Part shown: positions 17,976 to 26,459 of the stretch, one piece after another
Numbering within the stretch: position 1 is the first letter of the stretch
How the letters are laid out: each line of letters begins with the position of its first letter
IMG/VR virus record: IMGVR_UViG_3300030095_005897
Span: 1-49,445 of that record
Source of the DNA: a virus
Lineage: Duplodnaviria > Caudoviricetes
Length of the DNA stretch: 49,445 nt
Direction: 5' to 3' (one strand)
The notes under the pieces: model-generated
The model's database searches: none
Told to the model about the DNA's origin: nothing
Seen by the model: only the letters and a program-made list of their open reading frames with translations
Position numbers and translations under genes: made by a program

Positions 17976-18389
17976 ATGTATCCTGTACAGGGAGGAACCC
18001 CGAAGATTACAATCAACAAACCGGATCCTCGTGAGTATGAAGCTGAGCTAGCTATGCAAGAACGAGAGGCAATTAAACAACTTCCCGAAGCTGTATCACG
18101 GACACGTACAAAGTATGGTGCCGTAACTACTCTTGAGGAAGATATCAAAAATCCAAATTTTTCTCAAGGATCTTCAGCTGCAAACGCACCAGTAACATCT
18201 GAAACAACTGGAAGGATTGGAAATGGAATTGCTACGTCATCAACTGTTGTACCTGACCAAGATCCAGACAAAGTGCAGATGGATGCAATCATGAATGAAA
18301 AACATCGGCGTCGTCTAGATATTATTGCTCGGGCAGCGAGTAATGCTGACGATAGCAACAATAATCGTCAACAAACAATGAGGGCTTGA
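17976..18389 (+). CDS. hypothetical protein
   Basis: 137-aa ORF, TAGAAT 26 nt upstream. Confidence 0.55.
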   Translation: MYPVQGGTPKITINKPDPREYEAELAMQEREAIKQLPEAVSRTRTKYGAVTTLEEDIKNPNFSQGSSAANAPVTSETTGRIGNGIATSSTVVPDQDPDKVQMDAIMNEKHRRRLDIIARAASNADDSNNNRQQTMRA

Positions 18390-18391
18390 TC

Positions 18392-18955
18392 ATGGCAAAA
18401 AGTAAACTTCAAAATGCAATGATTCTCGACGAGAATCGTTTTAAACTTGCAAAACAAATGCCTGTTGTTCAAGGCGGTCCTATGAACAACAACCCAATGA
18501 ACGTAACTAGTATTCAAACGGATAGTGGCAGTTTAAGTGGATTTTCTCAATATCCTTACGGAGATATGGGTGTAGCTGGTTTAGCTGGTGTAGGAACAAA
18601 TGCTGTGTTTCCCGTAGAAAGGTCAAAATTACCTGGTAATACACCAATGGGCACACGACTAAATAATAAAGCCCCTTATGGTTTGCAACAGCAGCCGTCA
18701 ACACAAATGGCAGATGCATTGGAAGGTTCACGTCTAGCTAACGATGCATCTAACCGTGGTTTATTTACTAACATGGCAATGGGTCCAATTGGTTCACAGG
18801 TTGTTGCTCCTGGTCAATTTCCTGGAAACATGCCAAATACTAGTGGCCCATCTATGCAGCAATTTATGCCTACAGCATCAGTTAATCCAATGACGCCAGG
18901 TGCTAATAAAACAGTTATCAAAAAGAAATCTAGTAAAAACAAAGGTAAAGCATAA
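18392..18955 (+). CDS. Met/Pro/Gly-rich protein with basic C-terminus
   Basis: ATG at 18392 (MAKSKLQ); coupled to the next gene by TAATG. Confidence 0.55.
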   Translation: MAKSKLQNAMILDENRFKLAKQMPVVQGGPMNNNPMNVTSIQTDSGSLSGFSQYPYGDMGVAGLAGVGTNAVFPVERSKLPGNTPMGTRLNNKAPYGLQQQPSTQMADALEGSRLANDASNRGLFTNMAMGPIGSQVVAPGQFPGNMPNTSGPSMQQFMPTASVNPMTPGANKTVIKKKSSKNKGKA

Positions 18956-19437
18956 TGGCATCTACAGCAACAAACAAACAACCACTTCTGGTTGATCGTG
19001 TATTTCATGCAACAGTGGCAGGAAATACTTTGACATCAGGATCTGCAACATCCTTAGACATTCTTGGAACTAATGAATCCAAGGTCTTAATGAACTGCTC
19101 ACAAAATGATGGTGGAATCATCGAAGATTTGTATGTACTAGCACGAAGTACAACCGCTTATAAAGCATTGTTTTACTTCAGTACAAGTATCGACTACCTT
19201 CGTCCTACAGAAGCAACCTATGTTGGACAACTTACTAGTTCAACTACAGCTGGCACAAAAACATCGTCTACTGATTTGCCAAAAGTATTAGCACCTTTAC
19301 CTGGAGCTGGTAGCAGTTCACAGGTGTCAGCACTATATGTACCGAAAGGAACAGTGCTCTGGTGTTCATTACAACTCGCTGGACCTGCTAATTCTTCTGA
19401 TACACCAATTATTGGAGCGCAAGGCGGATTCTACTAA
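18955..19437 (+). CDS. putative structural (tail) protein
   Basis: 160-aa beta-rich ORF ending AQGGFY, coupled on both sides. Confidence 0.55.
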   Translation: MASTATNKQPLLVDRVFHATVAGNTLTSGSATSLDILGTNESKVLMNCSQNDGGIIEDLYVLARSTTAYKALFYFSTSIDYLRPTEATYVGQLTSSTTAGTKTSSTDLPKVLAPLPGAGSSSQVSALYVPKGTVLWCSLQLAGPANSSDTPIIGAQGGFY

Positions 19438-21290
19438 TGCCTAGAAAGCAAAATGGCTTTGGTTCAGCATCGTCATTTGCCTTTAACAAAGTCAACAATA
19501 AAGTAAGCCAAGGTAAGCGACTAGGAGCTGCTGGTTATTATCCAAGTGATCGACAATTTGGAACTAGTGTTCATCGCTCTGTCATTGAGCAATATGATCT
19601 GGATAGTAAATGGGTGAGTTGGAGAAAAGGATTAGAGTTTTATTATCAAGCTGCCTGGAATAAACTGCAAAGAAAAAATCCAAACTATGATCCTTACGAT
19701 CCCACCAGTAAAGAGATGGTAGATTTAGATATTAATGCAAAGCTTTATCAAGGTACAGCTGGTGAAATAGACGTGAGATTTGATGGTTACAGATTTGCGA
19801 CTAAAAACTCAGATACAGCCAATCACTATGTAATTAAAAGAACCCCTGTTAATCCATTGTCTTTAGGTGTTGTATCATCTGTTCTCAATAATCAAGATAC
19901 ATATTCAAATAATTTTGAAAGAGGAGAAGTCTGGGCACGCGTAACTCCATCAACACAATCATTTATGTTGCGCAATATGATTGGTGAACGAATTACTGAT
20001 GGAGTCAGTGAAGCATCAATCGCTAATGTACTCACACAAAATGAAAAACCATCTATTTATACAGGCAAAACTCTAGATCCTGATAATCAATCTACAGTAA
20101 AAATTACTGTAAGTAAAGCGTCCTTATTAGCATCGAGCCATGTCATTGCTAATGGTGGTGATATAAATAGTATTATTGGTGAGCTTGGTTATGTCAAAGA
20201 TTTTTATATTGAACAGCCTATTACTTCAGCATTCACCTTTGAGGATGTAAGCAATTATAGTGCAGCAACAGGCAATCAAGATTACTTTACTGTTGATGCT
20301 ATTTTTACAAAGACTGGAGTAAGTTTTGACATCCTTGATCAAGATAATGAGTTTCCGCCAACACTAATTGACATTTCAGCATTAACAAGTCTGTTCACAG
20401 CTGCTAATGCGGATATAGAAATATCAGGTAAGTATTTCTATAACAAAGAGCTTTATCAGCGTTTCTTTGGGCAAAAATATTTGACAGCAGATGTTGTTCG
20501 ATCAGAGGTAACTACAGCATCATTTGTGGTGTTCCCTTTTACAATATTATCTATCAAAGAAGTGGGAAGCAATGTTGAAATTACATCGGTTCCATTTTTA
20601 GGAGAATGTAAGTTATTTGCACCTTTAGGCAGTCAAGCAACAGTCATTTTTAATGATAAAAGCTTTGCCAAAACAGAAATTGATACAGATGCTACTGGTA
20701 GTTATTATCACGATGACGTGAGGGACGAAAGTGGCAACTCTTTGCCTCAATGGACAATTATCGACACTGATGTTGATCCATGGGCACAGACGGTCTTTAG
20801 CTCGGGACAAGGGCTTGTTCCTGCTGTGATCTATGCCTGTAGTTGTCCAGCTCATTCCCATGCTCAGTTACGGATGCCTCAAGCGACAGAGAGTGACGAA
20901 AAACGCAAGCTCAACAGGCAACAGCGGTTTCCACTTCCGACTGCATTAGGACTTGATCGATTTAACGAGGGAGCTTTAACTCAAATTGGAGGCATAGTTC
21001 AATCATGGGCCACGCCTGAATATAAGTTGTCTTACAAACAATGTAAGCATTCAATTGCTGCTCGCTTTATTGAAAGAAACAAAACAAAAGAACCGAATAG
21101 TTATCCATCATTTTCATCACGACAGCGATTCGAAGAAAAATTAAAATCAGAGATTAATGACATTGGAGAAGAGTTCCGTATGTCTTACGAAAGAAGTGGT
21201 TTGAGTACATTGGAAATTGTTTTTTCGATGGCAGAAGCGTTAAACTTAGATGACGCAGAGCTCGCTTTTGTTATCTTAAATTCAAAATAA
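19437..21290 (+). CDS. large protein with C-terminal SWIM-like zinc-finger motif
   Basis: YACSCPAH ... QCKH pattern. Confidence 0.65.
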   Translation: MPRKQNGFGSASSFAFNKVNNKVSQGKRLGAAGYYPSDRQFGTSVHRSVIEQYDLDSKWVSWRKGLEFYYQAAWNKLQRKNPNYDPYDPTSKEMVDLDINAKLYQGTAGEIDVRFDGYRFATKNSDTANHYVIKRTPVNPLSLGVVSSVLNNQDTYSNNFERGEVWARVTPSTQSFMLRNMIGERITDGVSEASIANVLTQNEKPSIYTGKTLDPDNQSTVKITVSKASLLASSHVIANGGDINSIIGELGYVKDFYIEQPITSAFTFEDVSNYSAATGNQDYFTVDAIFTKTGVSFDILDQDNEFPPTLIDISALTSLFTAANADIEISGKYFYNKELYQRFFGQKYLTADVVRSEVTTASFVVFPFTILSIKEVGSNVEITSVPFLGECKLFAPLGSQATVIFNDKSFAKTEIDTDATGSYYHDDVRDESGNSLPQWTIIDTDVDPWAQTVFSSGQGLVPAVIYACSCPAHSHAQLRMPQATESDEKRKLNRQQRFPLPTALGLDRFNEGALTQIGGIVQSWATPEYKLSYKQCKHSIAARFIERNKTKEPNSYPSFSSRQRFEEKLKSEINDIGEEFRMSYERSGLSTLEIVFSMAEALNLDDAELAFVILNSK

Positions 21291-21329
21291 GTTTGCCGAT
21301 ACAATAGAAGAAAGTGAGCAGGTACTAAA

Positions 21330-21860
21330 GTGTCAGACGGTTATTCAGGCATAGCAGATGCTTTAAGCAATTTACTTCTTAGAAACGGATCTGTTGCAAA
21401 AGATTATCAGCCTAATTTTCAGGGCATTGTAGACGGCATTAATGATATCTCCCGAGAATGGAGTGGAGCGCAACCTGGATTATATCCACCTGGTTGGGCA
21501 ACTTCAGAATCTAATGGAGTTGTAACCGGTACGTATCTAAATGCTCCAACAAATGGACAACTATGGTTTGATACACGCCATGGCCGTTTAATGGTTTATG
21601 TAGAAGATGGGTTTTATCAAGCTAATGGTGCAGATATTTTGACACGTGTAAGTAATGATCAGCCAACAACCGCACAATCAATTGATGGAGCACTATGGTA
21701 TCAGCCTTCCTCAACAAATTTATATCTATTTGATGGTACAAATTGGATTAATATTAGTATTACAGCAGTTTCTGCATTAAAAACAAGTTTGTACAATGCT
21801 GTAAATACATCAACTGATTATGCAAGCTTAAAAGCTAATCTATTGTCAGCATTAGCTTAA
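21330..21860 (+). CDS. tail fibre-associated protein
   Basis: two G(Q/A)LW(F/Y)....RL/NL.(V/L)Y modules typical of fibre anchors. Confidence 0.6.
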   Translation: MSDGYSGIADALSNLLLRNGSVAKDYQPNFQGIVDGINDISREWSGAQPGLYPPGWATSESNGVVTGTYLNAPTNGQLWFDTRHGRLMVYVEDGFYQANGADILTRVSNDQPTTAQSIDGALWYQPSSTNLYLFDGTNWINISITAVSALKTSLYNAVNTSTDYASLKANLLSALA

Positions 21861-21892
21861 TACGTTGCTAGGATGATTACATAAGTTCCGAT

Positions 21893-22123
21893 ATGCTTAT
21901 GTTTACACCTGAAGATTTTCAGTTATCACTCGAGTCTCAATTAAAACTTCGAGTTATTAATGACGAAGTTGATTCTTGTAAAGACATATCAATTCTCCAG
22001 GAACAATTAAAAGCGTCATCCGAACTGATGATGCGATATCAAACTATTTTGCATAGAATTTTGAAAGAACAGTTGTTAAAAAAACTCGGAGACTTTACTG
22101 ATAAAATAAAAGAAGATTCATGA
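21893..22123 (+). CDS. nblA: NblA-like phycobilisome degradation protein (candidate); start may be 21899
   Basis: LSLESQLKLR resembles NblA LSLEQQF.L; two-helix size. Confidence 0.55.
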   Translation: MLMFTPEDFQLSLESQLKLRVINDEVDSCKDISILQEQLKASSELMMRYQTILHRILKEQLLKKLGDFTDKIKEDS

Positions 22124-22132
22124 ATAATAGCA

Positions 22133-22666
22133 ATGCCAACATTGGGGGAAGGTAAAATCAAGTTTGGACGATCGTACGTCTACTTAAATCCTCAAATCAA
22201 TGGGCAATATAGTAGCGTCGGAGTATGGCGTTTAACAAATCAGGATATATCATCAGGTGTAGATACATCAGATTTAGTTTTATCTGCACCAGTAGAAAGC
22301 GGATCTCCTACTATAAATATCGGACAACCTCTTTATATTAATTCGTCTGGAAATGCCGAACTAGCTGATGCTTCAGCATTATCAACAGCTCGTGTAGTAG
22401 GCCTTGCTACTGTAAGTGCCGCCGCTGATGATATTGTTTCATTCACAAGAAATCAGAGTTTAACAATACCAAATGTTAACATCATTGTTGATAATGTTAC
22501 TGATGGATTAATAGTGCCTGGTGAGTATTATTGGTTGAGTACAAATACAGGAAAACTAACAAGGACACCTGATAGTACTACGACGGGTAGTGTATTACTT
22601 CAAGTTGGACTAGGTGTAACTACAAGCGAGTTGCAAATTGAAATTCAAGCTCCTGTGGTAATTTAA
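22133..22666 (+). CDS. putative fibre/spike structural protein
   Basis: GQPLYINSSGNAELADAS..VVGLA and PGEYYWLS..GKLT motifs. Confidence 0.55.
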   Translation: MPTLGEGKIKFGRSYVYLNPQINGQYSSVGVWRLTNQDISSGVDTSDLVLSAPVESGSPTINIGQPLYINSSGNAELADASALSTARVVGLATVSAAADDIVSFTRNQSLTIPNVNIIVDNVTDGLIVPGEYYWLSTNTGKLTRTPDSTTTGSVLLQVGLGVTTSELQIEIQAPVVI

Positions 22667-22667
22667 C

Positions 22668-23729
22668 ATGGCTGACCGCTCATTAACTGTTTTAAATCCA
22701 AACGGTTATCAAGAACTTTTGCAGACAACAGATCGATTAGTTATTGCTTCTAGCTCGTTACTGGCTGCAACAGAATTAAACGATGCTTTAACAGGTACGA
22801 CAGCTTCCTTTACAGGCAATGTCACTATCAATGGTACACCTTCAGCCGATACAGATGCTACTACATTATCGTTTGTAAATACCGCAATTGCTGGAGTTAC
22901 GCTTACGGCTTCTGCTCCTATATCAATTAATAACCTAGATATTCAAATTGCAGCAGCAACCGAAAGTTCTGCTGGCTCAACAAGGTATGCAACAAATGCT
23001 GAATGCATTTCAAACAGTTCTGTAGATGCTGCTGTTAAACCTAATCAGTTACCATACATCCTCGATGATCTAACATTTGTAGGCACATCACCTTTAACAA
23101 TAGCTGAGTCACCGGCAAATACATATACGATTGGTGTTAACGAATCAACAACAACTACAACAGGAATTATTCGATTATCAACAACATCAGAAGCTGCTGC
23201 TGGCACAGTTACATCAACAGCAATGACACCAAAAAATGTTGCTGATGCGATTACTGCTATTCCAGATTCTACTGACACTGCAAGAGGTTTAATTCGAATA
23301 GCGACAAGTACAGAAGCAACAACCGGTACAGCATCTGATATTGCTGTAACACCTGCGCAACTCACAGCAAAAGTTGATACTGTTGACGTAACGGCAACAC
23401 TTCCTTTAACAGTTTCGCAAACAAATAGAGAATTTAATTTGTCGGCGAATTATGCAACAACAAGTACATCAGGTGTTATCCGTCTTGCAACAAGCTCTGA
23501 AATAACTGCTGGAACGGCAACAAACGTTGCTATTACACCAGCTAACTTAGAAACTCGATTAAATGGTTTAGAAATTGTTAGCGCTGATACAACAAATGAA
23601 GGTTTAATTGAAATAGCGACTAATGACGAAGTAGTTACAGGAACAGACAGCGATAGAGCAATTACAGCTGCTGGTTTAAGATATGCGCTTGATCAAACAG
23701 ATTATTTACTTGATGGTGGAACATATTGA
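22668..23729 (+). CDS. tail fibre protein with T4 gp12/gp34-like repeats
   Basis: five G(I/L/V)IR(L/I)AT..E...GT....A(V/I)TP-type repeats; ends LDGGTY. Confidence 0.75.
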   Translation: MADRSLTVLNPNGYQELLQTTDRLVIASSSLLAATELNDALTGTTASFTGNVTINGTPSADTDATTLSFVNTAIAGVTLTASAPISINNLDIQIAAATESSAGSTRYATNAECISNSSVDAAVKPNQLPYILDDLTFVGTSPLTIAESPANTYTIGVNESTTTTTGIIRLSTTSEAAAGTVTSTAMTPKNVADAITAIPDSTDTARGLIRIATSTEATTGTASDIAVTPAQLTAKVDTVDVTATLPLTVSQTNREFNLSANYATTSTSGVIRLATSSEITAGTATNVAITPANLETRLNGLEIVSADTTNEGLIEIATNDEVVTGTDSDRAITAAGLRYALDQTDYLLDGGTY

Positions 23730-23774
23730 TTAGAATAGTTATAGGATTTTTCCTGTATAGATAGGGTTTTTACC

Positions 23775-26378
23775 ATGAAGATTCAACTTAAGCGCAGTAA
23801 TGTATTGGCGTCGGGTGCTGCAAAACAGCCTACAGCGTCCCAATTGGAATATGGCGAACTTGCAATTAATTACAATACAGATGATCCAGCATTATTCTTG
23901 AAAGATAGTAATAACAATATTATTCGTATTAGTGGTGTTGGAAATATTGCAGATGATGGATTAACTAATGTGCCAGCAGGTACTAATCCTCCAACAAACC
24001 CAACGCCTGAATCTGGAAATCTGTGGTACAACTCTGATGATGGACGTTTATATATTTATTACGTTGATGCAGATACTTCTCAGTGGGTAGATGCAAGCCC
24101 AGACAGTTGGGATCCAACTGTTATGCCTGTTACGACCAATCCAGCAGCTCAAACAGGCACATTAGATGATCGCTATGTAATGGAAAATGGCGACACAATG
24201 ACTGGTGATCTGGTCATGAATAACGCCAATATTATTTTTGAAGGGTCAATAGCTGATGATTTTGAAACAACACTAACAGTCTCTAATCCAACTGCTGATC
24301 GTACTCTTACACTGCCGAATGTTTCTGGTGCGCTTGTTTCGACTGGTGATAGTGATACTGTTACAGGAACAATGATTAGTAATAATACGATTAGCGATAC
24401 CAATATAAATTCAAGTGCAGCCATTGCAGGAACAAAGATTAATCCTAATTTTGGTGGTCAAGATATTACAACAACAGGTTCTATAAATGTAGATACCGTA
24501 TCTGACAACTCTCACGTAAAAATTCTCACAGGATCTACTCCTGCTGAACGCTTTCGTATTGCTGTTGGCGGTCAAATTGGATTAAGTGGTGAAAATTATG
24601 GCACAGTAGGCCAAGTAATTACATCTAATGGTTCTAATAATGCTCCAACGTGGGAAACTATTGATTCTCAGACTCTTGCTGGTGTTGCAGCTTCTAATTA
24701 TGTAAGAAGCGATCAAGGTGACAGCCTCACTGGTACTTATACGATCACTTCTACTAGCACTGACACTCCGGCACTTAAGATCTTTCATGATGATTTTGAT
24801 GAAGGTCTAATTATTCACCGTAATCACAGCACTAATAATCCCGCTATTGTGTTTGAAAATACAACAGCTCAGCAAGGAATTTTACATGCTGACAATGGTG
24901 TTCTTACATGGCGTTCAGGTACAGGTAGTGTTGACGGCACTATTTACACCTCTGCTGATGGTGTAGCGCTTACAAGTGGAGCTACATTTACTGGCGATGT
25001 TCGTATTGATGGTGATGCTGATTTACGGGTTGGTGATGGTGCTGCTAACGAGCGCATCTTAATTCAAAAAGCAGACAATAATGTTTCCGATCATATTATC
25101 TTCTATAACGGCACCTCGCGAGTAGGAGAAATTGGATGCGAAGACACCACCTACCTACGTCTTAATCAAGAAACAGATAAACCTATCTATACACCGCGAT
25201 ACATCAGAGCAGATGGTGGTTTCTTTGTTGACGGTACATCTAAAGGTATTAATGGTTCCGGTAATTTCGTAGGTGGCACAATCGCCGGCGCTTCTGATTA
25301 CAGCACTTTGTTGCGATCAAATGCTGCTGATACGATGACCGGAATGCTCACTTTGAATCATGCTGGCGATGAAATGCTTCGACTGCAGGATACAAGTTCT
25401 TCTGGTAATCCGTATGTGACGTGGTATCAGGCTGGTACTCGACGTGCTTATATTCAATACATTGATAGTGGAGATAAATTATATCTCAAAAATGACGCAG
25501 GAAATACTGGCCTTACAATCGATGGTGGTACTAGTGGATTACAATGGTCTAGCGGTAGTAGTACTTGGACTGTTTGGCACTCTGGTAATGACGGAAGTGG
25601 TTCAGGTCTAGCTGCTGACACACTAGACGGATACCATGCGTCTACTAGCCGAAGTTCAGCTAATACTATTCCAATTCGTAATAGTAGCGGTTATATGGAT
25701 CTTGGTTGGATCAACACAACGTCAGGAAGCACAACCAATACAATTACAAAGGTTTATGCCACCTACGGCAGCGACGCTTACATCCGATATTGCACTCCGA
25801 ATCATTTAGCTAATGCGATGAGCAATGTGGTAAAAACCGCTGGCAGTTCAATGAGCGGGACACTTTATCGTGGTTCGTCTACTGCTGGTCAAAGCAATAC
25901 AACTACGGGTTGGGCGCTTGGCAACGGCACATTACATGCTAGTGGTTCAGCCACTCCTGTTTGTTTCAATGTAAATGCCAACACTGTGCTATGTTCTTTA
26001 CGGCGCAGTGGCACACAAAAAGGAAGGATTAATGTAGACACAAGCCGTGCTTATTTTTATGCAACTTCTGATTACAGGCTCAAAGAAAATGTCAGTCTTA
26101 TGACTGATGGAATTGAGCGAGTCAAACGGCTCAAACCATCATATTTTAGATGGATTGAATCTCAAGATTCTGATGAAGGTTTTATTGCTCATGAACTTGC
26201 TGAAGTGTGTCCGGGTGCAGTTGACGGAGAAAAAGATGCTGTTGATGACGCAAGCAATATTAAAGAACAAGCTGTTGAATACTCCTATGTAACACCTGTC
26301 TTAACAGCTGCCATTAAGGAGCTTATTCAAAAGGTTGAAACATTAGAACAGCAAGTAGCAACTTTAACTGGAGCTTGA
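23775..26378 (+). CDS. tail fibre protein with C-terminal S74 chaperone
   Basis: KIQLKRS...GELAINY N-terminus, WHSGNDGSGSGL motif, TSDYRLKENV...GFIAHE. Confidence 0.85.
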   Translation: MKIQLKRSNVLASGAAKQPTASQLEYGELAINYNTDDPALFLKDSNNNIIRISGVGNIADDGLTNVPAGTNPPTNPTPESGNLWYNSDDGRLYIYYVDADTSQWVDASPDSWDPTVMPVTTNPAAQTGTLDDRYVMENGDTMTGDLVMNNANIIFEGSIADDFETTLTVSNPTADRTLTLPNVSGALVSTGDSDTVTGTMISNNTISDTNINSSAAIAGTKINPNFGGQDITTTGSINVDTVSDNSHVKILTGSTPAERFRIAVGGQIGLSGENYGTVGQVITSNGSNNAPTWETIDSQTLAGVAASNYVRSDQGDSLTGTYTITSTSTDTPALKIFHDDFDEGLIIHRNHSTNNPAIVFENTTAQQGILHADNGVLTWRSGTGSVDGTIYTSADGVALTSGATFTGDVRIDGDADLRVGDGAANERILIQKADNNVSDHIIFYNGTSRVGEIGCEDTTYLRLNQETDKPIYTPRYIRADGGFFVDGTSKGINGSGNFVGGTIAGASDYSTLLRSNAADTMTGMLTLNHAGDEMLRLQDTSSSGNPYVTWYQAGTRRAYIQYIDSGDKLYLKNDAGNTGLTIDGGTSGLQWSSGSSTWTVWHSGNDGSGSGLAADTLDGYHASTSRSSANTIPIRNSSGYMDLGWINTTSGSTTNTITKVYATYGSDAYIRYCTPNHLANAMSNVVKTAGSSMSGTLYRGSSTAGQSNTTTGWALGNGTLHASGSATPVCFNVNANTVLCSLRRSGTQKGRINVDTSRAYFYATSDYRLKENVSLMTDGIERVKRLKPSYFRWIESQDSDEGFIAHELAEVCPGAVDGEKDAVDDASNIKEQAVEYSYVTPVLTAAIKELIQKVETLEQQVATLTGA

Positions 26379-26459
26379 TCTAAAACAAACAGCCAATTGA
26401 TGCACGTTTGCATGCACAGAAGTACTCGTTAAAATATAACTATATTACTGTGCATAGAA

